Assembly: GCA_951406725.2 (NCBI GenBank)
Contig: OX597841.1
Span: 3,162,001 to 3,226,000, forward strand
DNA from: Octopus vulgaris
Lineage: Eukaryota
DNA: 64,000 nt
Reading direction: 5' to 3'
The stretch's first letter is position 1; the number at the start of each line of letters is the position of its first letter. The position numbers and the translations under genes are program-made. Shown here in pieces: positions 40,391 through 54,149 of this stretch. The notes below the pieces were generated by a model, which did no database searches, had not been told where the DNA came from, and saw nothing but the letters and a program-made list of their open reading frames with translations.

Positions 40391-41681
40391 AAGCGCAGTG
40401 TATTGCCTGATGATTCAAGGGTACTTTTAAATGGGCTGGTATAGGCCATGGCTGTGATCTCACTTTACTTGCCGGTTCTTCTCAATCACAGCCTGTCTCC
40501 AAAGGTCTTGGTGTCCTATCATTGGCTCTGTGAGGCTCAACATTTGAAGGTCGTGCTTTACCACCTCATTCCATGTCTATTTCTGATTATGGAGGGAATC
40601 TTTGCAAGACCCAGGAAAATGTAGGACAAAGTGATGAGAAATGATCTTCAGATTTTGAGCCCCACAGAGGAGACAACAAAGGTCCAAGATATCTGGTGAT
40701 TTGTTGCACTTGAGAACTCAAACTAAGTAAAATATTGGCCATATATACAAACATCTCCTTTACAACCATGCCTTAAACCCTCCCTATATCTGCCCTCTGT
40801 CAAAAATCTCCCACAACCTATCTTATCAACATTCCCTTTACCCTACTCACGATCCCCAACTGCTGCAGCCCTTGCTACTCTCTTTCACATGCATACTCAC
40901 ACACTTTCCATGCCCTCACATTCTTACCATAGCCTTGGTTGGGGCAAGGCTACTTCTCTCACTTGTCACATGGAGGTGCTATGAGGAAAGGTTCCTAATT
41001 GTAGAAAATGAAGTGGGGAAAGAGAACCTCCCTTACCATTATAGACAAAGCAATGAATATAAAACCTTCTAGAGCCTCTTTTCCATCAGGAATTACCTCT
41101 GAAAAGCTTAAAATATTTGGAGGTGTAGGATAAATCAAAAACATAGCTTTCTTCATAGCTCTCTGTGGTCATCTGACATACTAGAAATAACTGCACATTT
41201 CCCTTAAATTTCACCTTTCATTTATGAGTATTGAAGACTATTGGATGATGTGATCCTAGCTATACAATGCTAAAGAGAAAGAAAGGCTGAAAAGTCTTTA
41301 ATCATATTTCTGCTCAGAGACACCTCAGGGTTAAACAACAATGTCAAATTATAAGTTCAGTTGTTCAGGTAAATTTTTATTTCTGTAGAAATGTAAATTT
41401 TCCACCTTTGAATCTGTATTTTTTTTAAGTAGCCTCCATATTTTACACTGATCTTTCTTTCTTATTTCAGAATATCAGATGACATTGGATAAGAGAAGAT
41501 ACATCCTCAATATTTATCATCTTTTAAGACTGATAGGAATTGATGTACAAAGGAAATTCTTTGTAAAGAGTGAACTATAAGAAGGAAAACTGGAACAATA
41601 TATATATAAATACATTTTGATTTGAGGAGGAAAATAATGGAAAAGACTGAGAAAGTAGAAGAATTGATTTCGCATTAAGAC

Positions 41682-42890
41682 ATGATAAAAGGGATAAGAA
41701 AGTCGTCATATGACTGTGATGTCTGTAAAAGATCCTTCTCTCAAAAAAGTGACCTCACTGAACACAAAAGTATTCATACTAGAGAGAAGCCATTTCACTG
41801 TGACACCTGTGGTAAATTGTTCTCTCGCAATAGGGACTTAACTGTACACAAACGTGTTCATACAGGAGAGAAGCCATATCATTGTGATATTTGTGGTAAA
41901 TCATTCTCTCAGAGTAGTCCTTTAACCGCTCACAAACATATTCACACAGGAGAGAAACCGTATCATTGTGATATCTGTGGTAAATCATTCTCAAAAACTA
42001 GTCCTTTAACTGCCCACAGACGAATTCATACAGGAGAAAGGCCATATCACTGTGATATCTGTAGTAAATCATTCTCTCAAAGTAGTGCCTTAACTGGACA
42101 TAAACGTATTCATACAGGAGAGAAGCCATATCATTGCGATATCTGTGGTAAATCATTCTCTAATAGTTGTCACGTTATTGCACATAAACGTATTCATACA
42201 GGAGAGAAACCATATAATTGTGATATCTGTGGTAAATCATTCTGTCAAAGTACTGAGTTAATTGTACACAAACGTACTCATACAGGGGAGAAGCCACATC
42301 ATTGTGATGTTTGTGGGAAATCATTCTCTCGGACAAGTAGTCTTTCTGTACACAAACGCATTCATACAGGGGAGAAGCCATATCACTGTGATATCTGTGG
42401 TAAGCCATTCTCTAACAGTAGTTCCTTAACTATACACAAACGTACTCATACAGGAGAGAGACCATATCACTGTGATATATGTGGTAAATCATTCTCTCGA
42501 AGCAACGATGTAACTATACATAAACGTACTCATACAGGAGAGAAGCCATATCATTGTGATGTTTGTAATAAATCGTTTTCTGACGTGAGTAAACTGTCTT
42601 CACACAAACGTATTCATACAGGAGAGAGACCACATCATTGTGATATCTGTGGTAAATCATTCTCTCAGAGTGGTACCTTGACTTCACACAGACTTACTCA
42701 TACAGGAACGACTCCATATCACTGTGACATCTGTGGCAAATCATTCTCTCAAAATAGCGCTTTAACTACACACAAACGTACTCATACAGGAGAGAAGCCA
42801 TATCACTGTGATCTTTGTAGTAAATCATTCTCTGTCAGCAGTAATCTTTCTGTACACAAATATATTCATACAAGAGAGAAAAAAGAGTAG
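41682..42890 (+). CDS. C2H2 zinc-finger protein ZNF-7, 14 fingers; leader broken by TAA
   Basis: The family start at 41637 reads [13 protein letters not shown] (TAA 41676-41678). An in-frame ATG at 41682 opens an intact 402-aa array. Confidence 0.85.
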   Translation: MIKGIRKSSYDCDVCKRSFSQKSDLTEHKSIHTREKPFHCDTCGKLFSRNRDLTVHKRVHTGEKPYHCDICGKSFSQSSPLTAHKHIHTGEKPYHCDICGKSFSKTSPLTAHRRIHTGERPYHCDICSKSFSQSSALTGHKRIHTGEKPYHCDICGKSFSNSCHVIAHKRIHTGEKPYNCDICGKSFCQSTELIVHKRTHTGEKPHHCDVCGKSFSRTSSLSVHKRIHTGEKPYHCDICGKPFSNSSSLTIHKRTHTGERPYHCDICGKSFSRSNDVTIHKRTHTGEKPYHCDVCNKSFSDVSKLSSHKRIHTGERPHHCDICGKSFSQSGTLTSHRLTHTGTTPYHCDICGKSFSQNSALTTHKRTHTGEKPYHCDLCSKSFSVSSNLSVHKYIHTREKKE

Positions 42891-42996
42891 ATTGTGTGTT
42901 GTTTCTGTAAATTTTTTTCTCTCCTTACTATTCCTGGGATTCATGTGATGGAAATCATGATTGTGGAAGTGTTTTACCAAAACTTTCAGTTCTTTT

Positions 42997-43257
42997 CATC
43001 ATCTTCATCATCATCGTTTAACGTCCGTTCTCCATGCTAGCATGGGTTGGACGGTTCGACCGGGGATCTGGGAAGCCAGAAGGCTGCACCAGGCTCCGGT
43101 CTTATCTGGCAGTGTGTTTCTACAGCTGGATGCCCTTCCTAACGCCAACCACTCTGTGAGTGTAGTGGGTGCTTTTTACGTGCCACCTGCACAGGTGCCA
43201 GGCGAGGCTGGCATCGGCCACGGTCGGATTGGTGCATTTTACATGCCACCTGCACGG
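42997..43257 (-). mobile_element. Family D fragment in ZNF-7 3' flank
   Basis: (CAT)n tail and body match. Confidence 0.78.
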
Positions 43258-43899
43258 AAAATATTTTCTTGCTGTGCCATCCTCTACTTCCATTCTTTTT
43301 TCCATAAATTAGGGACCCCTATTCTAAAACTGCTCCTCCTGGCAACCCTGCACATGGCTTTTGTTGAATGTCAGTTCCACAATTTACTGTATATTTCTTG
43401 TTTATTAGTTTTTCAATGCTTTACTCATTAAATATTTTCAACAATAACAAAATTTATGGCTTTTTCATTGTGAGGACATGGTAAAGTTGTCAAGTATGTA
43501 ACCCTAACCCTAATAACCTCCAATACGAAACAAGGGACCACTAAGGAAAAACAAAGAATGACCTTGAGTACAAAACAAAGGAGACTGCAAAGGGAAACAT
43601 GCAGCATAACTACAGTTTAGTGCTCCACAACAGATAATTTTCTCATAACTTTCTCAAGAAGTGTTTTTTATACTAAACTTAGCAAAAGGTCTAGATTACA
43701 TTATCTTACAAAAATGGAAGAAGTAGACCTAGGAAGACATGGAACAAAGTGGTGAAAAATGATCTCCTCAGATGTTGAGTCTAACGAAGGAGATGGCAAG
43801 GGACTGAGACTTCTGGTCATTTCGTGTGCTTAAGAAGACATCAAGCTATGTAAAATTGTAAATAAGCATACAAGCATGTTCTTTACAACCAATACCTAT

Positions 43900-44462
43900 A
43901 CCTATTTCTTTACTACCCACAAGGGGCTAAACACAGAGGGGGACAAACAAGGACAGACTTAGGTATCAAGTCGATTACATCGACCCCAGTGCATAACTGG
44001 TACTTAATTTATCGACCCCGAAAGGATGGAAGGCAAAGTTGACCTCGGCGGAATTTGAACTCAGAACGTAACGGCAGACGAAATACCTATTTCTTTATTA
44101 CCCACAAGGGGCTAAACACAGAGGGGGACAAACAAGGACAGACTTAGGTATCAAGTCGATTACATCGACCCCAGTGCATAACTGGTACTTAATTTATCGA
44201 CCCCCAAAAGGATGGAAGGCAAAGTTGACCTCGGCGGAATTTGAACTCAGAACGTAACGGCAGACGAAATACCTATTTCCTTATTACCCACAAGGGGCTA
44301 AACACAGAGGGGACAGACATAGGTATTAAGTCGATTACATCGACCCCAGTGCGTAACTGGTACTTAATTTATCGACCCCGAAAGGATGAAAGGCAAAGTC
44401 GATGACAGACGAAATACCTCTAAGCATTTCACCCGGCATGCTAACGTTTCTTCCAGCTCGCC
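43900..44462 (-). mobile_element. Family C, head plus three tandem bodies
   Basis: Units start at ~43900, ~44085 and ~44271. Confidence 0.82.
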
Positions 44463-44810
44463 TACAACCAATACCTCATACCCCAACAGCCTCTGTTCCC
44501 CACCTCACATATCTACCATAGCCATGGCTATTTCCCTCACTATTACTTGCTACATCAATCCTGCCCCACCTCCAACATCTCCCTTCAAATTTGTATGAAA
44601 TATCCCCCCTCTATCCCTTCTGTATCCTTATAGTGTCTCATTCCCTGTGGTTAGGTCCCTTGGTGCATCTCCAACACCATCTATTTCTCTCTCCCTACTT
44701 CCCTTTTTCTTTTCCTACATGAGTAGCCAAGTATCTCCTCTCTATGACATCTATATATATCCCTCTATTATACTTTAATCCCTCATCTAGTACAAAGTCT
44801 CCCCTCTTAA

Positions 44811-45034
44811 CCCTTTAAGTCCCAGACTACTTAAATTTCTGAATATTACTTTTAAATTGTCATAGATGATTGAAAATAGGTTAAAATGAAAAAATTAATT
44901 ATTAAAACTCCTTTACTTCAAGTAGAAATGGAAATACACAGTGTTCTAGAAATAGGACACTGGGACAATGTGATATAGCTTATCTAAATGTTTTCATTTA
45001 GTGTCCTATTTATAGGACAGTGGGACTTAATGTG
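44811..45034. mobile_element. piggyBac-type MITE (second family)
   Basis: TTAA|CCCTTTAAGTCCCA...TGGGACTTAATGTG|TTAA. Confidence 0.68.
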
Positions 45035-45492
45035 TTAATACACTCCCTCTCCGAGTCATGGGGTCTTTGTCTTAGAAGTTGTTTGGCGAACCCACCGGTG
45101 CTGGTACCATGTTAAAGGCACCAATACCAGTGCCACATGAAGAACGATCAGTACACTCTGTAAAGTGGTTGGTACTAGGAAGGTGGACATCCACCTGTAG
45201 AAACCCCACCAGAGCTGAAAACAGTTTGGTGCAGCTCTTTGGCTTGCCAGTTCCTGTGGAACCATTCAACCCATGCAAGCATGGAAGACAAATGTTAAAT
45301 GATAACCAAAGAGAGGAGACATGCAGCGTGGTTGGCCAATATTCTATAATGTGAGAACGAAAGGCCTGAGCAGTAAGGAGCCAATTGCATACGTACATAT
45401 ATGCGCTTCTGTGTATGTATACGCACACATCTATCTATCTATTATGGCTGCCTCCTCGTTATCAAGTATGGCCATTGCACGAAGCTTAACTG

Positions 45493-45995
45493 TTACTGGT
45501 GCTGTGATCGAATGTGACTTTTTAGCCCAGCTAAAGATCTACAATGTCTTGTACAAAAATTGGCAACTAAGACCTTTACTGGTAATAGCCGGCTGTAGTT
45601 GTAACTGGGCTTCATGTACCTTTGCATGTCGTTTAAGTCCTCCTGCCAAATTATACTCTCTTCCACATGCCCGACAGATAGGTGTGTTACACCACCCCCA
45701 GTGGCCAGGTTGTCACTCATCTGTCTCGTTTTATGACTACAAAGATGACTCATGAGTCCAGCTTTACTGAGGCAGGGTCTTACACAGACATTGCATGTCA
45801 GAATCAAAGGAAGACCCTACCCTTCTGGAAGTATAACAGCGATGCCCTTCCTGACATCCCTCCTTACTTTCTCATGTGCAACTCGAGATTTCTCAAACGT
45901 GGCTGTCCCCTCATGCACAATCCTTCTCCACCTACTACGATCAATAGCTATGCCTTCCCATGTGTCAGGAGAAATGCAAGCATCTCTTAAGGAAG
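45493..45995 (-). mobile_element. RTE-clade LINE 3' end with C-terminal C2H2 fingers
   Basis: ISPDTWEGIAIDRSRWRRIVHEG followed by CNVCVRPCLSKAGLMSHL and two further frameshifted C2H2 motifs. Confidence 0.68.
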
Positions 45996-46424
45996 CCTTC
46001 TATCTATCTATACATACATACACACACAACTGTACACTTTTGTAAGTGAGTTGGTATATCTGTTCGTCTCCATGTCTTTTCACTGGCTGTAAACAATGGC
46101 CTTGCTATCCATACAAATCTCGGTCATTTGCTTCCAGTCCACTGCCTCATCCTGTTTTTTTCTCCTTCACATATATTGCATGATCTTTGTGAATGGAAGT
46201 CTCATTGAGCTAGTATCATTCACTTCGCTACCAGTTCTTCGTATAACCGCGTTTGAGCTATTTGTTGCTCGACAGACAAGGAGACTTACAAACTCGCTTG
46301 GAACATGTAGAAGTTGGCACCAGGAATGTTAGGATTATTAGGAGGATTATAATCAGTGTTTCTACGTAGAATTACCTTCACATAAAACATCTAAAACTAA
46401 ATTTTTGTTACATAGACCAGCAAG

Positions 46425-47100
46425 ACTTTTGTTAGCCGCTCTCCAGCCATCTATTTAAAACTGTATACAGCTATGGTACGACCACACTTGGAATTCGCAT
46501 CATCAGTTTGGAACCCCTATCTTGCTCAGAACATTGACCTCCTGGAATCTGTCCAGAGACATGCAACCAAACGTACACCCTCCATCAGACACCTACCATA
46601 CTCTGAGCGCCTTGTTTCCTTGGGCATGGATTCACTGAAGCTCCAGTGTCTGGCGATGGACTTGGTAAACATCCACAAAGTTATCAACCACCTCACCAAC
46701 AACAACACTGAACACCTTTTTGATCTCCATGTGTCCAACAAACGTGGACATGCCTACAAAGTCAGAAAACAGCACAGCTCCCATGACTTTCGGAAACATT
46801 TTTTCACGCTCAGAGTTGCTGAAGCATGGAGCAAACTGCCTGCGTCAGTTGTTGACTGCCATGACACTGCATCTTTTAAGGCCCTCATGCTTTCCGAAAT
46901 CCGCCGAAACTACACCTGATTGCCCCCCTTCCACACTCATACACATATGTGTATGTCGTGACTCATGCACTGTTCTTTTCCTGACGCTTGTACATTACCC
47001 TATGTACTATACATACACTTTAGATGAATTGTAGTGCACCTGAGCACTGTACACAATGTTTTATTATTATTATTATTATCATTATTATTATTATTATTAT
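46425..47100 (+). mobile_element. CR1-like LINE 3' fragment
   Basis: LYTAMVRPHLEFASSVWNPY...LESVQRHATK...WSKLP with a (TAT)n tail. Absent from the inverted paralogous segment near 58860. Confidence 0.85.
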
Positions 47101-47153
47101 TGAAATGGCATTAAGCTGACAAGAGTTAGCTCCCATGTGTTTCATATAAAATA

Positions 47154-47315
47154 TACGCATGCGCAGCAATTGTCGTTCCGCATTGGTACTTAAAGAACTT
47201 TGCATCGTGCATGACTTTCTCTTTCCTACTTCACAGACACTTTGAAAGTACGTTCAATACTTATTATAAACACACTTTATAACAAGTCTTTCCTTTATGA
47301 GACATTTCCGTGAGT
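47154..47315 (+). promoter_or_regulatory. Putative promoter and exon 1 of ZNF-8
   Basis: TACGCATGCGCA 47154-47165, donor GTGAGT 47310-47315, acceptor AG 49597-49598. Confidence 0.65.
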
Positions 47316-47640
47316 ATTACACAATGAAACTATTTAATCTTTTAATTCTGTAGACGTTCTGGTTGTGACTTGTTCATCTTTTATGCATTCGAAATGTCTA
47401 TGATTTGTGCGAGATTTCATTGCCATTTCTAGTTATGGAAGGGAGATGGCTATGATCTGTGTGAGATTTAGCTGCTATTTCTGCCTGTGCAAGCTCCCTT
47501 CTACACTCTCCATCGTTGCCGCGTTAGTTAGTTGTGTATTTTAGTTTCAGAATTATTCTGAAGTAAACTCCAATCACTGAAATGTTCCGTAAGAATGCAA
47601 TGCTCTGTTATAATTTATGGAATGTTTGTTTCTTGATATA

Positions 47641-48883
47641 CGAGGGGCGTTCAATAAGTAATGCCCCTGACCTACTTGCAGTTGTTTGATCTAGCTGAAA
47701 TTTTGCATGTGCACTTATTTATACCTCTATAGATTAGGTGGCGAATTACAGCTCTGAACTAATTGTGGTTTCTGATTTACAGATGTTTGAACTGATTCAA
47801 GTGTGAAATGGAGCCTGTTGAGTGTCGAGCAGTGATCTGGTGTTTGTATTTGAAAGGACGCACACCACAGGAGACTTTTGATGAAATGAAAGTAACTTAT
47901 GGTGATGATGCTCCATCATATGACCTTGTAAAACGCTGTCATCGTGAATTCAAACATGGTCGGAACTCTGTGGAAACAGCTCCCAGATCTGGTCGCCCCC
48001 TTCTGCCGTTGATGAGACGTCTGTCCGTCAAGTTGAGGCTGCCATTTTGGAAGGTCAACGCATAACTATTAGCCAAATAGCCCATAAGGTCAAGATTAGT
48101 ACCGGGTCTGTGGAAACTATCATTCATGACCATTTGCATATGCAAAAGGTGTCTGCCAGATGGATTCCCTGGTTGCTCACACCTTTCCAGAAGCAAGAAC
48201 GCGTCGAGTGCTCGAGGATGAATTTGGAGATGTGCCAAGAAGATGAGTCAAAATTTTTCAAAAGACTGATCACACAGGATAAAACCTGGGTCCATCACTA
48301 TGATCCATAGACCAAAGCCCAGTCAATGCAGTGAAAGCACCGTGACTCACCTTCTCCAAAGAAGGCAAGGGTGCAGCCCTCCGCTGACACGGTTATGCTC
48401 ACAGTCTTCTGGGACCAGGACGGAGTAGTGATGACATTTCCTGGCAAAGGGTACCACAATTACAGGAGCCTATTATGCTTCACTTTTGAGGAAATTAAGA
48501 GAAGCTATCAAAATCAAGAGGCGGGGATAAGATCAGCAAAGGCATCCTCCTCCTGCAGGACAATGCTCCGGTCCACAACTCGCGCGTCGCCAGATCAGAA
48601 GCACAGGCATGCAGCTATGAACTCCTCCCCTTGCACCCTCTGATTTTCACCTCTTCCCAGCCATGAAGTTGATTTTGAAAGGAAAGCGTTTCCCAGATGA
48701 TGCAGCCTTGATTTCTGAAGTCACGTCGTGGTTGCAGGACCAAGCTGGGGTCTTCTACAAAAACGGTCTCCAGAGCTGTATCAAACAATGGGAGAAATGC
48801 ATAACTCTGGGTAGTTCCTATGTAGGAAAAGACTAATAACTGTGCCAAGTGTTGTTGCTCTACTGCTATGGGAAGTGGGTCAG
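47641..48883 (+). mobile_element. Mariner transposon with pseudogenised transposase (47808-48836) in the ZNF-8 intron
   Basis: TA|CGAGGGGCGTTCAATAAGT left TIR. Motifs: HTH region ending RSGRP, WIPWLLT, ITQDKTW, QDNAPVH, LAPSDFHLF. TA is duplicated relative to the empty site at ~52975. Confidence 0.92.
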
Positions 48884-49758
48884 TAAGTACAGATGTGTGC
48901 CGAAGCCACTAGTAATTCGTTTTCTCATAACTTGTTCAAGGTTCTATGCAATGGGACTGAACTTGGAACCATCTAGTTGAGAGAAAAGCTTCTTACCACA
49001 CAGCCAAATCTGAGCCAATTTTTCAAACCCCACCCCATGAAAAAAATTAAATAAAAGGAAAAATATCAAAACAAGATATTATCTTACAATATTATTCTTG
49101 TTTCTGTCAATTTTGTGTGTGTGTGTTGTGCTTATGGTTAGGAAGGTATTGACTGGAACGGAGAAATATATATTTGAGAAAGCAAAGTCAGAAATAGTGG
49201 AATCAATGAGAAAAGTAAAAGATGCTTAATTGAAAGAGAGAGCGAGGGAGATGATTTATATTCTGAATTGTAGGAATTTTAAAAGCATAATTCTATGTGG
49301 TCACATGGCCTACTAGAAATAAATTTCACCTTTCATTTATGAGTATTGAAGAATGTATTGGATAATGTTGTCCTAGATATGCAATACTAGAGAGAAGGAC
49401 AGGATGGAATGTCCTTAATTGTACTTCTGCTCAGTTAGAGCAACAAATATACAACAGGGTTATACAACAATGTCAAATTATAAGTTCAGTTGTTTAGGTA
49501 AATGTTTATTTCTGTAGAAATGTAAATTTTCCACCTTTGAATCTGTGTTTTTTTAAGTAGCCTCCATATTTTACACTGATGTTTCTTTATTATTTCAGAA
49601 TATCAGATGACATTGGGACACTGAAGATACATCCTCAATATTTATCATCTTTTAAGACTGAAAGGAATTGATGTACAAAGCAAATTCTTTGTAAAGAGTG
49701 AACTATAAGAAGGAAAACAAGAACAATATAAATACATTGTGATTTGAAGAGAAAAATA

Positions 49759-50868
49759 ATGGAGAAGACTGAGAAAGTAGAAGAATTGATTTCCCATGAA
49801 GACATAAAAGAGATGAGAAAGTCTTCATATGACTGTGATGTCTGTAAAAGGTCCTTCTCTCGAAAAAGTAACCTAACTGTACACAAATATATTCATAGGA
49901 GAGAGAAACTATATCATTGTGATACCTGTGGTAAATCATTCTCTCAAAGTAGTCACTTAACTAAACATAAACGTATTCATTCAGGAGAGAAACCATCACG
50001 TTGTGATGTTGGTGGTAAATCATTTACTGACTGTAGTAATTTAACTGCACACAAACGTATTTATACAGGAGAGAAAGCATATAACTGTGATATCTGTGGT
50101 AAATCATTCTCTCACAATAGTAATCTTTCTAAACACATACGTATTCATACAGGAGAGAAGTCCTGTCACTGTGATATCTGTGGTAAATCATTCTCTCAGA
50201 GTAGTAATCTTTCTACACACATACGTATTCATACAGGGGAGAAACCATATCACTGTGGTATCTGTGGTAAATCATTCTCTCAAAATAGTAATTTAACTGT
50301 ACACACACTTATTCACACTGGAGAGGAGCCATATCACTGTGATATCTGTGGTAAATCATTCTCACAAAATAGTCACTTAACTAAACATAAACGTATTCAT
50401 TCAGGAGAGAAACCATCTCATTGTGATATCTGTGGTAAATCATTCACTGACTGTAGTAATTTAAATTCACACAAACGTATTCATACGGGAGAGAAGCCAT
50501 ATCATTGTGATATCTGCAGTAAATCATTCTCCAGCAATAGTCACTTGACTAAACACGTACGTTTTCATACACGGGAGAAGCCATATCATTGTGATATCTG
50601 TGGTAAATCATTCTCTCAGAATAGTAACTTAACTGTACACATACGTATTCATACAGGAGAGAAACCATATCATTGTGGTAGCTGTGGTAAGTCATTCTCT
50701 GATAGTAGTGCATTACCAAGACACAAATGTATTAATGCGGGAGACAAGCCATATCAGTGTGATATCTGTGGTAAATCATTCTCTCGAAATGGTGATTTAA
50801 CTAAACACAAACGTAGTCATACAGGAGAGAAACCATATTGTGATATCTCTGGTAAATCATTCTCTTGA
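49759..50868 (+). CDS. C2H2 zinc-finger protein ZNF-8, ~12 fingers (2 degenerate), premature TGA
   Basis: ATG 49759. TGA at 50866-50868 is CGA in paralog ZNF-9; two intact in-frame fingers follow. Confidence 0.85.
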   Translation: MEKTEKVEELISHEDIKEMRKSSYDCDVCKRSFSRKSNLTVHKYIHRREKLYHCDTCGKSFSQSSHLTKHKRIHSGEKPSRCDVGGKSFTDCSNLTAHKRIYTGEKAYNCDICGKSFSHNSNLSKHIRIHTGEKSCHCDICGKSFSQSSNLSTHIRIHTGEKPYHCGICGKSFSQNSNLTVHTLIHTGEEPYHCDICGKSFSQNSHLTKHKRIHSGEKPSHCDICGKSFTDCSNLNSHKRIHTGEKPYHCDICSKSFSSNSHLTKHVRFHTREKPYHCDICGKSFSQNSNLTVHIRIHTGEKPYHCGSCGKSFSDSSALPRHKCINAGDKPYQCDICGKSFSRNGDLTKHKRSHTGEKPYCDISGKSFS

Positions 50869-51132
<264 letters not shown>

Positions 51133-51359
51133 TAATGAAAATTATGACTTAAAAAATAATGCTTTTCCAAGAATTTCAGTCTTTATCTTTCTTTCCAAAT
51201 TTTCTCCCTGTCCCTTCCCCTACTTTCATGTTCCTTTTCTTTCCCATGATGTAGGGACCTCTGTTCTGGTACACCTCTTCCTGCCAACTTTACACAAGGT
51301 TCTTTCTTGAATATCACTTGCACAATTCACTCTATATTTTTTATTAATTTTTAAGTTGT

Positions 51360-52061
51360 AGGTGCAGGAGTGGCTGTGTGGTAAGTAGCTTGCTTACCAG
51401 CCACATAGTTCCGGGTTCAGTCTCACTGCATGGCACCTTGGGCAAGTGTCTTCTACTATAGCTTCGGGCTGACCAAAGCCTTGTGAGTGGATTTGGTAGG
51501 CAGAAACTGAAAGAAGCAAGACATGTATGTCATCATCATCGTTTAACGTCTGTTTTCCGTGCTAGCACGGGTTGGACGATTCGACCGGGGTCTGGGAAGC
51601 CAGGGGCTGCACCAGGCACCAGTTTGATCTGGCAGTGTTTCTACAGCTGGATGCCCTTCCTAACGACAACCACTCCGCGAGTGTAGTGGGTGCTTTTTAT
51701 GTACCACCAGCACAGGTGCCAGGGGAGTCTGGAATCGGCCACGATCGGTTGGTGCTTTTAACGTGCCCACGACACGGAAGCCAGTCAAGGCGGTGCTGGC
51801 ATCGGCCACATTCGGATGGTGCTTTTTATGTATATGTGTGTGTATATGTTTGTGTCTGTGTTTGTCTCCTCCCTTCCCCACCAACATCACTTGACAACCA
51901 ATGCTAGTGTGTTTACGTCGCCATAACTTAGTGGTTCGGCAAACGAGACTGATAGAATAAGTACTACGTTTACAAGGAATAAGTCCTGGGGTCGATTTGT
52001 TCGACTAAATGTGGTGCTCCAGCATGGCCACAGTCAAATGACTGAAACAAGTGAAAGAGTA
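51360..52061 (+). mobile_element. SINE family A with nested antisense family D (~51529-51830)
   Basis: The same composite occurs at 55586-56290. Confidence 0.82.
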
Positions 52062-52490
52062 AGTATGAAACAGAAGAGACCACAAAGGGAAAAGATCTAC
52101 AATGTCTTGTACAAAAATTGGCAACTAAAACCTTTACTGGTAAATAGCCGGCTGTAGTTGTAACTGGGCTTCATGTACCTTTGCATATCTTTTTAAGTCC
52201 TCCTGCCGAATTACACTCTCTTCCACATGCCCGACAGATATGATTAGTATGGTGTGTTACACCACCACCAGTGACCAGGTTGTCACTCATCTGTCTCGTT
52301 TTATGACTACGAAGATGACTCATGAGTCCAGCTTTACTGAGGCAGGGTCTTACACAGACATTGCATGTCAGAATCAAAGGAAGATGAGTTGTAGTGCACC
52401 TGAGCACTGTACACAATGTTATTATTATTATTATTATTGAAATGGCATTAAGCTGACAAGAGTTAGCTCCCATGTGTTTCATATAAAATA

Positions 52491-52652
52491 TACGCATGCG
52501 CAGCAATTGCAGTTCCGCATTGGTACTTAAAGAACTTTGCATCGTGCATGACTTTCTCTTTCCTACTTCACAGACACTTTGAAAGTACGTTTAATACTTA
52601 TTATAAACACACTTTATAACAAGTCTTTCCTTTATGAGACATTTCCGTGAGT
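52491..52652 (+). promoter_or_regulatory. Putative promoter and exon 1 of ZNF-9
   Basis: TACGCATGCGCA 52491-52502, donor GTGAGT 52647-52652, acceptor AG 53985-53986. Confidence 0.65.
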
Positions 52653-53007
52653 ATTACACAATGAAACTATTTAATCTTTTAATTCTGTAGACGTTCTGGT
52701 CGTGACTTGTTCATCTTTTATGCATGGGAAATGCCTATGATTTGTGCGAGATTTCATTGCCATTTCTAGTTATGGAAGGGAGATGGCTATGATCTGTGTG
52801 AGATTTAGCTGCTATTTCTGCCTGTGCAAGCTCCCTTCTACACTCTCCATCGTTGCCGCGTTAGTTAGTTGTGTATTTTAGTTTCAGAATTATTCTGAAG
52901 TAAACTCCAATCACTGAAATGTTCCGTAAGGATCCAATGCTCTGTTATGATTTATGGAATGTTTGTTTCTTGATATAAGTACAGATGTGTGCCGAAGCCA
53001 CTAGTAA

Positions 53008-53431
53008 GGCGATCTTTCGTCTCTAGTAGACCTTTCTGTCGATTTCCGTAAAAAAATTTATTTTTTTTTTACATATGGGCTTGCGGGAACTTTTGAAGTA
53101 ATATACATACATATACACATACACCGAGTAAAAAATTTCAGTTATCTTTCTTTCACACATTACTCTGTCTCTTCACACACACTAACAGAAGCACTTCACT
53201 TACACATCATACTGTCTGTCTCCCACACCCCATCAAACACACACACACACACATGTACATCAATGCTTCACATGCACGGTAACTTCAAAAGAACTTCCCT
53301 CGTCATAAAATCGCTTTCACTGAGTCTCTTTCACTCTCATTACTTCAAAAGTTCCCGCAAGCCCATATGTAAAAAAAAAAAAATTTTTTACGGAAATCGA
53401 CGGAAAGGTCTACTAGAGACGAAATATAACC
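53008..53431. mobile_element. GGCGATC MITE, third copy, in ZNF-9 intron
   Basis: Near-identical to 2590-3027 with an altered right tip; absent from the ZNF-8 intron. Confidence 0.88.
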
Positions 53432-54149
53432 CAAAAAATTAAATAAAAGGAAAAATATCAAAACAAGATATTATCTTACAATAATATTCTTGTTTCTGTC
53501 AATTTTGTGTTGTGTGTGTGTGTGTTGTGCTTATGGTTCGGAAGGTATTGATTGGAATGGAGAAATATTTATTGAGAAAGCAAAGTCAGAAATAGTGGAA
53601 TCAATGAGAAAAGTAAAAGATGCTTAATTGAAAGAGAGAGCGAGGGAGATGATTTATATTTTGAATTGTAGGAATTTTAAAAGCATAATTCTATGTGGTC
53701 ACATGGCCTACTAGAAATAAATTTCACCTTTCATTTATGAGTATTGAAGACTATTGGATAATGTTGTCCTAGATATGCAATACTAGAGTGAAGGACAGGA
53801 TGGAATGTCCTTAATTGTATTTCTGCTCAGTTAGAGATGCCTCAGGGTTAAACAACAATGTCAAATTATAAGTTCAGTTGTTCAGGTAAATTTTTATTTC
53901 TGTAGAAATGTAAATTTTCCACCTTTGAATCTGTGTTTTTTTAAGTAGCCTCCATATTTTACACTGATGTTTCTTTATTATTTCAGAATATCAGATGACA
54001 TTGGGACAACTGAAGATACATCCTCAATATTTATCATCTTTGAAGACTGAAAGAAAATGATGTAAAAAGCAAATTCTTTGTAAAGAGTGAACTATAAGAA
54101 GGAAAACAAGAACAATATATATATACATTGTGATTTGAGAAGGAAAATA

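Noticed and set aside
43501-43512. Telomere-like CCCTAACCCTAA
   Set aside because: Only two units; compatible with chance.
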